This document shows, piece after piece, positions 13,489 through 28,505 of a DNA stretch of 64,000 nucleotides. Source of the DNA: Octopus vulgaris (lineage: Eukaryota); the NCBI GenBank assembly GCA_951406725.2, contig OX597835.1, forward strand, positions 46,252,001 through 46,316,000, in the 5' to 3' direction. A program made the translations under genes and the position numbers. Below the pieces are notes generated by a model that was not told where the DNA came from, searched no databases, and saw nothing but the letters and a program-made list of their open reading frames with translations. How positions within the stretch are numbered: position 1 is the first letter of the stretch; each line of letters begins with the position of its first letter.

Positions 13489-13955
13489 TAAAAACACATA
13501 TATTTATGTGTGCGGGTATGTAAATATATATATATATATATATATACATATATACATAAAACCCGTACATATAATAGTCTTTCAAAGTAACATACATGCT
13601 TTATCTTAAATTCATATCGTTTAAATCATATGCGAGGCTCTGTATGAACAAATACAGTGAGATGAATACACAAATATATATACGCACACAAACAATCACA
13701 CACATAGGACACACTCACATACAATCGCACACACACACACACACTGAGACACACACATACACACGCACACATTGACACACACAGTGACACACACAGTGAC
13801 ACACACAACACATACGCACACATACATACACACACGCATGCAAACATACTTCAAATGCATGTATGTGTGTGTGAATAGCGTACTACTTTTAAACCTAGAT
13901 CGATATATGATATCCTGATTGATATCGATCGATTTTGTTATCATAATGTATATAA

Positions 13956-14037
<82 letters not shown>

Positions 14038-14426
14038 TTTTGTGTGTGATTTTGTGTGTGGGGGGTGTATAAAGATAGACGCATACATTTATTCATACAT
14101 CCATGCATACCTAATTACAAAACCTATAGAACCCATAGAATATGTAATATTCTAAAAGAACCCATAGAATAGGTAATACGCACACATACGCGCACACGCA
14201 TATACACACAAACACACACACACACACATATATATGCAGACATATACATACACATATGTCTTCGTGTTTGAGCATGTATGTATTTATATTTGTATATATA
14301 AATCTATCTATGTATATATGTGTATATATATATGTGTGTATGTGTATATATATATATATATATATATACATTAATATATATTTATATTTGTATATATAAA
14401 TCTATCTATGTATATATGTGTATATA

Positions 14427-14471
<45 letters not shown>

Positions 14472-14530
14472 TAATATATATTTATATTTGTATATATAAA
14501 TCTATCTATGTATATATGTGTATATATATA

Positions 14531-14562
<32 letters not shown>

Positions 14563-14577
14563 CATTAATATAAGCAT

Positions 14578-14634
<57 letters not shown>

Positions 14635-15130
14635 TATAGGCATGTATGTATGTGTGAATATGAATAGACAATTGTACAGAATTCATATATTTGAGTTCGT
14701 GTAAGTTACCTTCATTCAAATCGAATGTCTCGGTATCCATTACACAAAGTTTCTATTGTTTAGCAGTCTCACAAATTCCATTTAAATAAAAAAAAAAGAT
14801 TGAAAAAGACAGAAAGAAAGAAAGAAAGAAAGAAGAAAACATGTTAGTGAGTCATATCATTTAGCTGTGCAAGAGAATGCGATGAATATTTCATTCACCG
14901 TGTAGATTATTGTGAATTCCTGTCACATCGTGAATACTCCATTTAATTTACCTAAATTAACACGTGTTACGTATGTATGCTTCTGCCATTTTATCTTCCT
15001 TTCTGTCTACATGGTTCTACCCACTTGTCTACTATTTTTGGTTTTTTAGTTTCACCTCGTCTTAACTCCATCATCATCGCAATCTATGCTAACATACTAA
15101 TACACTTTAAGCACTATACTAATATATATG

Positions 15131-15216
<86 letters not shown>

Positions 15217-15311
15217 ATAATACACTTTAAGCTATTGAATAGGTATAGGAGATTTATAAGAATCTCAGTCCTAGATAAATTCTTGAAAAAAACACATTTT
15301 AAGGTAATGTA

Positions 15312-15347
<36 letters not shown>

Positions 15348-15392
15348 TGTGTGTGTGTGTGTGTGCGTGTGTGTGTATGTATATACGTATAA

Positions 15393-15541
15393 ATAGAAAC
15401 ATTATTATTTCTAAATCTCTCAACGAGAGACATTCAGTAACAGTACTCTAAAGTAAAGATTATCTACCAACATAATGTGACAGTCCCGGTAACATTCGTC
15501 CCAACGGGTACTGTCACATTATGTTGGCAAATAATCTTTAA
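15393..15541. repeat. Fold-back (about 35-bp arms) with one-sided extension between TA repeats
   Basis: 15454-15488 versus 15505-15540 are imperfect reverse complements. Confidence 0.8.
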
Positions 15542-17422
15542 TGTATATATATATATTGGCCAATAAGATCTCTATCATGTAGTAAACTGAAGGCAATTTG
15601 GCTGCTACTTTTAGTAACTCGAGTGAACATCTAGTGGTCTCCTTGTTGACTCGTTACTGTGTTTGAGAGAAGTGTCTCAACAGTTTTACTTATAAAATAA
15701 TCTATATATCTGTTACCATTTACTCTCTTCTTTCATTGTTTCAACTTCAAACTCGCATGGTCTTCGATCAATCTTCTAGTCGTAATTGCTATCCGTTGCT
15801 TCCGCCTTTGTCCGTTTCTTGGTCATCTCTCTGAGTCCGGACTGCAGAACCCTATGATCAAAACACCGTTCCATTGATGAAACATCCAGTCATTTTTTTT
15901 TCTTTTCTGGGTCGGGAAAGTTTGATTTGAAGGAAATTTGACAGCTATTTCTAACGAGCTAATTGACCATGTAGATATATTTTAGCTGGTTCGAATTTAT
16001 CTAAGTAATTTTACTGGGGCTGTTCCACTACAGAAAAGACACGCCGCAACCTTTCAAATAACATTAAAATTAAGTTAAGCAGTTGCTGTGCAGAAATGCT
16101 TTACATATCGTCTTTGTTGTTCTTAATGGTATATTTTTCTGCTATTTCTAGGAAATAGAATGACCACGTAAAGACTCACTTTTTCGCTTGATGCTGTTAT
16201 CATTACTATTTAACCTCAGATCAGTAGACATCGTGTAGACATTAAGACATAACACTCGTCTTTCAAAAGCTAGTGGAGTTATGAATAAATTATGCAAAGA
16301 TCTCTTTAATTAATACAACATGAAGGAATTTGAAAGAAATGTGGTTGCTATTATTAGCGGATCTAACGTCCACTCAGCGTCTTCGTTCTTTGTTTCGTTA
16401 TTACGCTTAGTCGTTGACATAATTTAGTTATAAAGTGAATCTAAAAAGAGGAAATTGTTTTGATCTTTTTTTCTCTACTTCAAACATTACGTAAAGTCTA
16501 TGGTGCATATTTTTTTTCTTTTCTTTTCATCTTCTCTTCAACGGGAAACAACGCTTCTCTAGCAGAATTTTTAAAAGTCAAATTTATACGCTAAAGCATC
16601 TCTGGTATGTCAATTGACAAAGAGAATAAAGGAAGGAGACAAAAAAAAAATAAGGAATCCTTGGTCTAATATGGCTGATATATCAAAAGTGTCAAAGTAA
16701 TTCACAGAGTTTGCTTATATTAGACAACCGCAATCCCTGCCACTACCACCGCCATTAATGTTGCGCCATACAATCTTTATTTGAGCATTTCTTTGGTTAT
16801 TAAATGGATACTCTTTAACTTTCACTTTCGCTATCATCATTTTCTACTTTTACACTCAAATTTCCTTCTCTCCACCGCACACAACTTCTTCACTTTTTCT
16901 TTCTGAATACTTTATTTTTTCTTTTTACATTATCAGTATTTCGCATCCTCGCACACGTTATGATCACAAATATAATCGTTTTTGTGTATGAGATTAAAGT
17001 TCCAATTGAATTTATTGATATGTCTTACAGCGAATGTGACAACTTTGATCAAGGAAATGCTTTTGTTTCTGATCTCCTTGTTTTTGATCTTTTTAGACGA
17101 ATGATTCCCAGCTGACCGAAATCGATATGTTTATATCCTGAAAGCGATAGCGTGTTATAACCAACGGCCAATGGCCAATGAGAAAATTGTCTATGCGGTC
17201 GATAGACATATTAGAAATAACATCATTTACCTCACTTTACATCCTATCGTCTTACAAATAGGAAGGACATACTAAATCATCGTCGTAGATAATTCTGAAA
17301 GACAGAATTGTCACTGTTGCGGGGCCTTTGATCAGAATTGTGCTCGGTGTTACGTGTTATGGATCTTGATAAAAACACGAAAAGAGAAAGACAATTATTT
17401 CAGCTCCAGGTTCTCACTGCTG

Positions 17423-17461
<39 letters not shown>

Positions 17462-17547
17462 ACATCTATAGAGTAAGCGCAAGGAGATGACATAAATGTG
17501 TGAGTAAATATGTGAATATATGTGACAGTGTGTGAATGTCGGTGTGT

Positions 17548-17587
<40 letters not shown>

Positions 17588-17981
17588 ACAATTTGAATCA
17601 ATCGTTTGTTTCAGAAATCCTTTCGCACAGAAGAGTATATCTATAAATTTTAGTCAATGTAGAATCTTACAGAAAGATATACAATGCATTGCTTCCATAT
17701 ACAATATGTTCATAATGATACGAACAGGGATCATCTATTCACAATACCAAGTTTATAAACGGCGTCTCCGAACAACGAAAGCCGATGGCCACCAATGGAA
17801 GCTCAGGAATGGCTGGAAATTTATCCGTAAATACATACATTTTTTTTCTCATCCACAAAAAATTTCGTGTATAGAGAAAATGTTTTTGTTACTGGATATT
17901 CTATAGCATTTCCACAACAATTTATAGATATGAAGTAATACAGAACAGCATATATCTATCTGTCTTCTTATATCGATCTAC

Positions 17982-18066
<85 letters not shown>

Positions 18067-18179
18067 TGCACGTGCTTGTGTTTGTGCATCTGTTTATCTG
18101 TGTATTTATGTACGTATATACATATAAATAATTAGAGAGATAGGTTGACATACAAAAAAATAGAAAGATGCGAGATAGA

Positions 18180-18710
<531 letters not shown>

Positions 18711-18741
18711 TATCTCTGATTCTCTCTCTCTTACATATATG

Positions 18742-18788
<47 letters not shown>

Positions 18789-19147
18789 TCTATCTATCTA
18801 TTTATCTGTCTACCTATATAAATAGTTAGATAGACGCTGGTCGGTGTTACAGAGTATATTTGTAGACTGTAGACGTGATGTGAATGTATTTTCTCTTAGA
18901 GTATGTGTATCTTAAAAATATTGTTAAATCCGCAAATTTTAGAGTAGCAATTGTTATGGCTTCATCTTCCGAATTATCAAGTTCCAACGATTAAATCATA
19001 ACAATTGTAATCATAAAAAATTCGTCATTAATAAATGTTTATATTGCCTCCATTACAAATATCTTTATAAGAATTCCCTGCTACTTTTGCAAAAGTACGA
19101 TCATTTTACTGTATGTGTAAAGATATGAATGTATGTATGTTTATGCA

Positions 19148-19184
<37 letters not shown>

Positions 19185-20005
19185 CTTTGTGCGTGTATGA
19201 GTGTGGGCGTGTGTGTGTGTCTATAAACATACCTGTTTTTATATATATGTATCTTTGTAAATATATCAACATATGAATATATATGTACACAAAAGTTATA
19301 TATATATACATATATATATATATACTTTCATATATACATATATATGTAAATGAGTATTTATATATGTGTATATATAAATATATATAAATATAAATATATT
19401 TATATATTTAAACATACACACATACATATACATGGGCATATCGCTTACATATATGTATACATGCGTATATATACATACATATATACACATATACACATAT
19501 ACATATACACACACATATATATATACATATACATTTATATATATGTATTCATGCATGCACTTCGGTATACATGCATAAACCCATGTATATATAAGTGTGT
19601 GTTTGTGTGTATGTGTGTATGTGTCTATGTGCATGCGTATGTGAGAAACGAAGAACATATCTCGTGATATGCGCTACTTAACTCAATCGTACCACTCGCA
19701 TTCTATCAAAAATCCTATTTTATCTTATTATAATATCACCTCATTTATGGTAAATACCTTATGCTGAATATTACCTCCCGCAATCGAGTTATCAAACAAA
19801 TTAGTATTTTTTTTTCAACCATAAGTATTACTGATTTATTGTGAGCTGTATATTAAATTTCCTATCTCTAACACATCCAATTTCCTTTTAGACATTTCTT
19901 AACTTCTTTTATTTATTTATCAATTTTTCCCTCGTTTGCTGTCTTCCGTCCTGTCTCTCTTTTCCTCTCTGTCTCCCATCTCTCTCCTATATATATTTAT
20001 ATATG

Positions 20006-20043
<38 letters not shown>

Positions 20044-20064
20044 TACGTGTGTGTGAGTATATGT

Positions 20065-20101
<37 letters not shown>

Positions 20102-20107
20102 CATATG

Positions 20108-20157
<50 letters not shown>

Positions 20158-20166
20158 GGTGTGTAT

Positions 20167-20197
<31 letters not shown>

Positions 20198-20219
20198 CGT
20201 GCTATATAAATATACACAA

Positions 20220-20267
<48 letters not shown>

Positions 20268-20510
20268 TACTTCGTCTTTTGTTTATTTTCATAAAGCTTC
20301 CCGTTATATATATATATATATTTGCATGAACGTATATATATATATAAATATTCATATAGAAACTGTGAGACAGAGCCAGATGAGATGTCTTTCTGATGGA
20401 ATTGGGGAAACAGATTGTCATAACTTCAACTACGATCATCACAAAACACAGAAGTACACATATTCAGTGTGTGTGTGTTAATGTGTGTATGTGTATTTGT
20501 GTGTGTGTGT

Positions 20511-20552
<42 letters not shown>

Positions 20553-20746
20553 AAGTGAACCACCGAAACCTCAAATTCAATATTAATAAGCTTACATTAT
20601 TATTACTATTCTTCTTCTTTTTCTTCTTCTTCTTCTTCTTCTTCTTCTTCTTCTTCTTCTTCTTCTTCTTCTTCTTCTTCTTCTTCTTCTTCTTCTTCTT
20701 CTTCTTCGTCTTCTTCTTCTTCTTCTTCTTCTTCTTCTTCTTCTCC

Positions 20747-20792
<46 letters not shown>

Positions 20793-20796
<4 letters not shown>

Positions 20797-21240
20797 TAGT
20801 TTTATTTTTATAGCGTGCTTTCACTTCACTACCGAGCGCAGCTCTGTGTGCCTTGGGTATGTGCTGTGATTTGTTGTGATGCTCTGATGGTTATTGTATG
20901 GAAAGTGTTCTGCGTAGGATGTGTGCATGCCTAGTAGTGCAATTTTCTGTATGTTATATGTGTTTGTAAGTCCTGGTGTTTTTGTTATGTATTTGTCTGA
21001 ATATTTTTTTATCATGCCTAATGCACCTACTATGATAGGAATTGTTTCTGTTTTCAGGTTCCACATTCTAGTTATCTCTATTTCCAAGTCTTTGTATTTT
21101 GAGAGTTTCTCCATTTCTTTTAGAGACACGTTGTCATCTGCCGGTATTGATACATCAATTAGAAAGCATTTTTTTTCTTCATGATCTCTGATAACTATAT
21201 CTGGTCTGTTGGCCTTAATTTCTCTATCTGTGTGTATCGG
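20793..21240 (-). mobile_element. 3' end of R4/Dong-like LINE (restriction-like endonuclease) ending in (TAA)n
   Basis: NRPDIVIRD..KKCFLIDVSIPADDNV..KEMEKLSKYKDL..IPIIVGALG (PD..D..K REL motif); short 3' UTR followed by AATAATAAT. Confidence 0.9.
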
Positions 21241-22119
21241 CAGTAGTCGACAAAACAAAGGACTTGATCGGAACAAGCAGAGCTTTCAATCAAATGACTT
21301 ACATTGCAAACATGGCGTTTATATTAATCTTACAAATATTTAAATTCTAAACCAAGAAGAACTTCACTGTTTTAAAGGCAAAGAGGTCGCATGGTTCGTC
21401 TGGTTGTCAGGTCCTTCACATATCATATTTGTGATTCCAACACAAAATACCAGCCAACGCTAAATGCAAGGTGGTTTAACCTTCTAAAATTAGAACGGAA
21501 TAACAAGTAACCCTATCCTAGACAATATCACTTCTCATGTATCAGCAACACTATTAACTGGGTTCTCGACGTTGAGAATAGGACAGCCAATAATTTTGCC
21601 TAAGTTCATATCGGGTATTTCTATCCTAATTTATATAAATCTCTACCTCTGTAAGCTTTGGCATCGACTGAGAATTCTCTTGAAAAATTAACTCCATATT
21701 AAAATGAGTCGCTGTTATCCTGTAATGATTCAGACTGGCCAAATAGATGACCCACATTTTCAGATAATTACAAGGAGCAACGGTGGAATTGAGATCACAG
21801 ACTGAGATAAATAATTGCCCTGGGCTCCTTCACGAAGAGTATATTTCTCACAGCTCAACTGCGTGCTGAAGCAACACCCAGCGAATTCATGGCACCTCAG
21901 ATATCTTTCATAACTTCGGATAAATCTTGGAAGAGTTTAACTGAAATATTTTTTAACATCAACCTACGCGTACTCAACTCTAATCCCGAAGATTTAGAAG
22001 GAAGAAAATAACATTGCTAAATTGTATGGTTAACCTGTATGTAACATATATAGCCAAGAACTTTGATCTTTAATTGGGAAATAGTTCTGAAGCAGACATA
22101 TTACCGCAAAATTTTAATG

Positions 22120-22260
22120 TGCGTGATATCGGTTTAAGATTTTGGCACAAGGACAATAATCTCGAGGGAGGAGTCGATTACATCGCCTACAGTGATCAAC
22201 TATTCGAACGAAAAACGGCAATGCATTTTGTCCGGCGCGGTAATAATTCTGTCAGCTCTC
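22120..22260 (-). mobile_element. Decayed SINE family B fragment
   Basis: GTCGATTACATCG..CAGTG..CAACT and GCATTTTGTCCGGCGCG.TAA..ATTCTG.CAGCTC match family B. Confidence 0.6.
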
Positions 22261-23186
22261 TGCCCTGTAATGGGCGTCAATTAAGATTAGTTAAATTGAC
22301 TTTGACAATCAAAATTCCATTGTTACACTCTAAAGAAAAGAAAAACAATCTATGCAACTAGCAACTAATCTACTTTTGTCCCAAGCAACTATCCACAACT
22401 GCTGATTGCCACAAGTTTATTGAGATTTTGTTGTGCCAAGTTTTGGCCTACGAGCCTACAGGGTTGCACAGAAATAACATCCAAAGCTTTCAAAGGAAAC
22501 CTCAGTTTGTATATGTATTAATTTAAGTCTAGGGGCCAAAAGATTACTAGAGCTTCTGCAATCAAGGAAATGATCTCTCAATCATAACATGAAACATACT
22601 CGGTAAGATCCTTCATTACTCTCTTGGGCGAGTAACTATCGACATACCCAAGGTGGGGTATTTCATATGTTGCAGCAGCCTGTTTTATACTTCAACATGA
22701 ACACTGAATTGCCGACAGCTTTCTACTGGCCTACCGGATAATTTTAGCAATTTCTTCTTAATACTATCCTAATATCATCTCAACTAATATACTAATTTTG
22801 AAATTTTTCAGTCGTACATTCCTTTAAATTTTCTTGTGGCTGATTCTCTGAAGTCTTTTTATTAGAGTTAATATTCTTTTTCCAGAAATTTTGAATTTCG
22901 GGATGGTTCAGAAGCACATGATGAGGAGGGTTCCAGATGATTTCATCAACAGAACAGCCTAATTGTGGAATGAACATGCACATGGCTGAGTACTCAACAG
23001 AAACACCTATCCTTGGCCTGGCTCTCGGGGAGATTTAGTGCGACACAGAATGTGACAAAAATGGCCCCTTTGAAATACAGTTACAATAAAGTTTTGACAG
23101 CTGAGTGGACTGGCGAGTGTAAGGATTGCCGCGAGCAATCGAACTCTCTCTCACAATCGCTCTCTCTCTCTCTCTCACATTCGCTC

Positions 23187-23264
<78 letters not shown>

Positions 23265-23270
<6 letters not shown>

Positions 23271-23686
23271 TTAAAGAATGGAGTTGAACGACGAATTAAC
23301 AAAATTCCTTTATTTTGAAGGCTGCATATTCCTATGCATAGTGACTCATTTTCACTATGGGCTCCGTGTGAGCAGTCATCTAAAAGTTTTTTGTGCATCT
23401 TGATGTTGACATAAGTTCATTGCTTTTCCTGATGAGAAAGCGGCATAATATACTCCTTATTCCTTCGCAATTAGGAATATGCAGCCTTCGAAACATATGT
23501 CGAAAATAAAGGAATTTTGTTAATTCGTCGGTCAACTCCATTCTTTAATATATTTATAATTTTAAAAAAACATACAAATTTCCACACGAAAGCACGTAAC
23601 TTCAAACGTGTCTTCTCTGGTGTGAATTTGCTACCCAGGTATCGGTTAACCCAATTATACATAACAAGATAATTCATTCAACTACT

Positions 23687-23690
<4 letters not shown>
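23265..23690 (+). mobile_element. Fold-back PLE-like element: inverted arm, hammerhead, arm, extension; inserted in (TA)n
   Basis: 23265-23334 is the reverse complement of 23472-23553 except for a 13-nt gap; the hammerhead starts between the arms and ends inside the right arm. Confidence 0.85.
23424..23506 (+). ncRNA. Type I hammerhead ribozyme (canonical core)
   Basis: TTTTC-CTGATGA-GAAAGCGGCATA...TATGCAGCCTTC-GAAA-C-ATAT-G-TC-GAAAA; 5-bp stem I, stem II 10 of 12 paired, palindromic ATAT loop; predicted cleavage after C23501. Confidence 0.9.
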
Positions 23691-23723
<33 letters not shown>

Positions 23724-24164
23724 GATGGGGCTGAATACACACATATAGACTTATGGTTACCATTTCACAGAGACATGATTAGGCGATTAGATTAAAGAAT
23801 GCTCGATGACGGACATCATAATCTTCTTTATCTACGTGCCATTATTATCTCTCCCGTGGATCTTCCTACCTTATTAAACCATCTATATGCACATATAATC
23901 TCAACATACATGAATATATATATGAGTGTTTGTGCGCATGCGCGTATGTGTGTATCTATGTGCGAGCACAATCTTCTATGTGTGTGTATGTGTGAGTGTG
24001 TGCGTGTGTGTATGTATATGTATGTGATGTGTGATGAAATAACACACGTTGTGGGAAGCTCTCAGCAACGACTGAGTGAACGATCAGCTTTAAACTAATA
24101 AATTTACTCGACTGCATGCGTGGATTATTTCCCATCCACTTCAATTGCTCAAACCTATATATAT

Positions 24165-24219
24165 ATATATATTTATAAATGTGCGCGGGAGGATGTATAT
24201 GTGGGTGTACGTATGTATG

Positions 24220-24277
<58 letters not shown>

Positions 24278-24440
24278 AATGTGCGCGGGAGGATGTATGT
24301 GTAGGAGTGCGTATGTATGTATGTGTATATGTATATATATTTATATATATATATATATATATATTTATAAATGTGTGCGGGGGCATGTATGTGTGGGAGT
24401 ACGTATGTATGTATGTGTATATGTATATATATTTATATAT
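24165..24440. repeat. Three-copy tandem repeat with TA-variable spacer
   Basis: ATTTATAAATGTGYGCGGG.G.ATGTAT.TGT.GG.GT.CGTATG repeated three times. Confidence 0.85.
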
Positions 24441-25106
24441 ATATACATATATATGTTATATATGTTATTTCTGTTGTTGTTTTTTGTGTGTATGTATATA
24501 TATATGTGTGTGTATGTGTGTGTGTTTGGATATATTTATTGTGGTGCTTACGTGTATATATGTATGCATATATGTATGTATGTATGCAAGTGCGACTTCT
24601 GTTAGATTAGTCGAGAAATATCAGGAGCTAAAATGAGAAAGACGGATCTAAATTATATTTCTCACTCCTTCTAATAACATCTTCGCAACATAAAAGCTAG
24701 CAAGGCCAACAACATAATTGATTCCTTGTGGTTTTCTCAGCAGATTTGACAATATAACTCTGATCTCAGATATATCATCGAATTACTATCAAGTAGTTTT
24801 TAATTCTTTTTTCCTGCCCTGTAGCCTTCTTGTACGTATGGTATATTTGGAGAGATAAAGTCAGAGAGTAGAATGCTGTGTGTAGTTGATTGGAATATCG
24901 ATAGATGTGGTACACGATAATCAGCTTCTATGCTTATTGGTTCCAGTGTTCCAATAGGTGTTGAAATTGAATGTGTCCGAGCCCAATGCCGGGCATCAAT
25001 TGATTTCTATGTGTAGATTAGCTTAATATCAACAGATCGGTTATTGGTCTAATATTTATCTCTCTACTGTGCTGTTCTTCCCTTGGTAATCGCGTTTACT
25101 GTTACC

Positions 25107-25360
25107 GTGGGACCTGTTGTTGTGGGGTAAATTGCTGTAGGAGTTGTTGCTGTGGGAGCTCTGACTGTGGGGCAGTTGCCGTGGGAGCTGTTGTTGTGGG
25201 AGCTGTGACTGTGGGGAAGTTGCCGTGGGAGCTGTTGCTGTGGGAGCGGTCGCTGTGGGAGCAGTTGCTTTAGGAGCTGTCGCTGTGGGGGCAGTTGCCG
25301 TGGGAGCTGTTGCTGTGGGAACTGTTGTCGTTGAGGCTGCTGCTGTGAGAACTGTTGCTT
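25107..25360. repeat. 15-bp minisatellite (GTGGGAGCTGTTGCT)n
   Basis: About 16 degenerate units; gives the GAVAV pseudo-ORF. Confidence 0.9.
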
Positions 25361-25476
25361 TTGTTGTTGCTGTGTTGTTGTTCTTGTGTTATTATTACGG
25401 TTGTTGTTTTCAGCCTTTATTCTTGTGTGTCTTATTCATTGTCCTTGGTGTTGTAATCCTTGTTACGGTTGTTCTG

Positions 25477-25482
25477 TAGTAA

Positions 25483-25524
<42 letters not shown>

Positions 25525-25531
25525 CAGCAGC

Positions 25532-25569
<38 letters not shown>

Positions 25570-25621
25570 CAGCAGCAGCAGCAGTAGTAGCAGCAGCAGT
25601 TGCAGTAGTAGTAGTGTAGTA

Positions 25622-25669
<48 letters not shown>

Positions 25670-25682
25670 CAGTAGTAGTAGC

Positions 25683-25722
<40 letters not shown>

Positions 25723-25742
25723 GTAGTAGTAGTAGTAGTAGC
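25477..25742. repeat. (TAG)/(CAG)n microsatellite
   Basis: Direct inspection. Confidence 0.96.
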
Positions 25743-26196
25743 AATTGGTGTTTTTGTTGTTATTGTTATTGTCGTTGTACTTCTTGGTTTTATCAATGTT
25801 GTCTTTGCTGTTCTCCTCGTTGCTTGGCGTCTTCCTCCTCATGTCGATGTTGTTGTTGTTGCTGTTGTTTTCGGTGCCGTTGTTGTTTTTGATTTTTGTT
25901 GTTCTTGTAATTCTTTGTGCTCGTTTCCATTTTGTTCTTCTTATTAAACTCCTTTTTTTGTGATGTTTGTTCTTTTTTGTTTTCATTCTTATTTCTTCTC
26001 TTGTCCCTCTACCTGCTGTTTTCGTTGTTATTTTCCTCATTATCCTTCTTCGCGTGATTTTTGCATTCTTCGTCACCGTTCTTTATTGTTCAAGTAATAA
26101 TATTTTACAGACATTTTGTCATTGTTTAACACATGGCATTGTCCGATCGAACAAACTCTGTCCAATGTTATTTAATCCATGACTGACATAGGTTCA

Positions 26197-26530
26197 GGCG
26201 TGGCTGTGTGTTTGTTTCCCAACCACATGGCTTCTTGTTCAGTGCCACAGCGTGGCACCTTGCTCAAGTGTCTGTTACTATAACCTCGGACCGAGTAACG
26301 CTTTGTCAATGGAGTTGGTAGACAGAAACTAATAGAAGCCCGTCCACCTCTTGACAACCGGTGTTCGAGTGTCAACATTCTTACAATATTGCTGTTCGGC
26401 AAATAAGACCGATAAAATACATACCATGTTAAAAGAAAATAAGTATTAGAAGCGGTATCTTTGACTAAAATTCTTCAAAGAGTTGCACCAGCATGGTCGC
26501 CGTCTAATGACTGAAAAGATGTAAAGAAAT
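26197..26530 (+). mobile_element. Decayed SINE family A
   Basis: GGCGTGGCTGTGTG..CCCAACCACATGG..TTCAGTGCCACAGCGTGGCACCTTG; tail CACCAGCATGGTCGCCGTCTAATGACTGAAA. Confidence 0.85.
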
Positions 26531-26663
26531 ACTCGATGAAACATATCAAATATGTATAGAACTGTGAATTCTGATGAACCATAACCTGGTACAGTACCAA
26601 AAGTTTATCTGGAGCTTTTCACTAATCTAAGTAAAATTGCCTGGAACGATAATCCCTCACCAT

Positions 26664-26702
<39 letters not shown>

Positions 26703-27249
26703 CAAATAGGGAAGGGTTATCAATCCAGGTAAAATACTTCATAAGTTCTTTGTTGGCACACCGGTCTAACAATATTAATTAGTGAAGAACTCCAGGTAAT
26801 CTGTCTGTGTGGTGAGAAGCCAGCTTCCCAACCACATATTTCCAGATTCAGTCGGAGAGCTAACGATTCTGTCAGCACACCACCTTGAGCATTGAAGAAA
26901 TATTTCCATCATTTACTGATGGCCATTTACCTTTTGAGTTCTCATCTTATATAGATTCGCCAATGTAGATTTCCGAATCGTACTAGGCCAGAACAATGAA
27001 ATAGCTATCAGGCAAGGTATTTAGGACAAATTTTGACTACTAAAACAGAGTTGCAGTTTAGACTGAAGTCAGTGACTAATATTCATTTTCGTTAGTTTGG
27101 CAGCCAATAAAAGAAACGACCACAGATGCGGTCTGATTTTTAATATGACCTCATCAGCGAAGCGAAAACTTGACTGTATTTAGTAAAGTACTGTTCAGGT
27201 ATTCATTGAGTAACTACATTACTTGCCTTAAAAAGAAACTAGAAGTTTC

Positions 27250-27624
27250 TATCTTTTTATCTTTTATTTTTTATTTGTTTCACTGATTAGACAGTGCCCA
27301 TTCTGGGGCACCACATCGAATAATTATTTAATGGTCTCTTTTGCCGAATCACTAAGTTACAGGCGTGTAAACACACACCGGTTGTCAAGTGGTGGTAGGG
27401 GACAAACAAAGACACAAAAGCCTACACATTATATGTATATATATAGAGAGAGAGAGAGAGAGACAGAGAGGGGGAGAATTCATGAAAAAAACAAAAGACG
27501 AAGACAGGTGGTGTAGTAAGCAAACAGATGTATTAGTATAACGCTCAGGAATTGAAAAAATCTTTTACGTTTCGAGCCTACGCTCTTCTACAGAAAGAAA
27601 TATATATGCATATACATACATAAG

Positions 27625-27675
<51 letters not shown>

Positions 27676-28045
27676 CGGGAAGCTTTATGAAAATAGACAA
27701 AAGACGAAGGCAGGTTTACGGAAATAAACAAAAGACGAAGGCAGGTGGAATACAAACAAAGAATTGTATTAGTATGACGCTCAGGAAATATAAATAAAAC
27801 AAGTCTTTAACGTTTCGAGCCTACGCTCTTCAACAGAAAGATACACAGAGAAGAAACACAGAAAGAAGGAGAGCGAATCAACATACATACATACACACGA
27901 TGGGCTTCTTTCAGCTTCCTTCATCCAGGTCCACTTACAAAGCTTTGGTCGGCGCGAGGCCATAGTTCATGATACTTGCCCTGGTACCACGCGGTGGGAA
28001 TGAACCCGGAACAATGTAGTTTGGAAGCAAGCGTCTTACCACCGA
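27250..28045 (-). mobile_element. SINE A whose internal microsatellite hosts two hammerhead-bearing inserts (27480-27600, 27675-27880)
   Basis: SINE tail part 27250-27425 and head part 27895-28045; hammerhead motifs at 27561-27598 and 27804-27841. Confidence 0.8.
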
Positions 28046-28505
28046 ATGACGCATGCGCATATAAACGAATACCTAGTTTTACTACGCAACAGCTATCTAC
28101 TTCAGTATCTCGAATGGATGCCTGAAATCCCATTTTCCCCTACACATATTTTCTAAGCAGTATTCTTTGCCTGCTTTCACGCTTCCCTTAATCTCCTTTT
28201 TCATTCTCCTGGAAGCAACAACATTTTACAACTTACAATTTACCGCTCAAGTACATCTTTAAACAAATATCTCATTCACACTACCTATTTACACTTTCCT
28301 TAAACTTTTCGTATCCTAACGAACGACTTTTGCTAAAAAAAAAAACTTCTACATTTATAGACATCTCAGCTTAGCGCTGTCACGCCGTATTTTATTGACG
28401 GTGAGCCACCGAACAGCGCAAACAGACATTGAATGATGATGGGAATTTCATAAGAGAGACACTGCCATTCGTGTCACCTCGCAGCGCCGTCCTGTCTTGT
28501 TTCTA

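Noticed and set aside
20375-20425. GAAACAGATTGTC hammerhead half
   Set aside because: The upstream core is CTGATGG or CAGATGA and there is no stem II.
21250-22990. Possible decayed RT or host exons
   Set aside because: Only vague motif similarity; not supportable without a database search.
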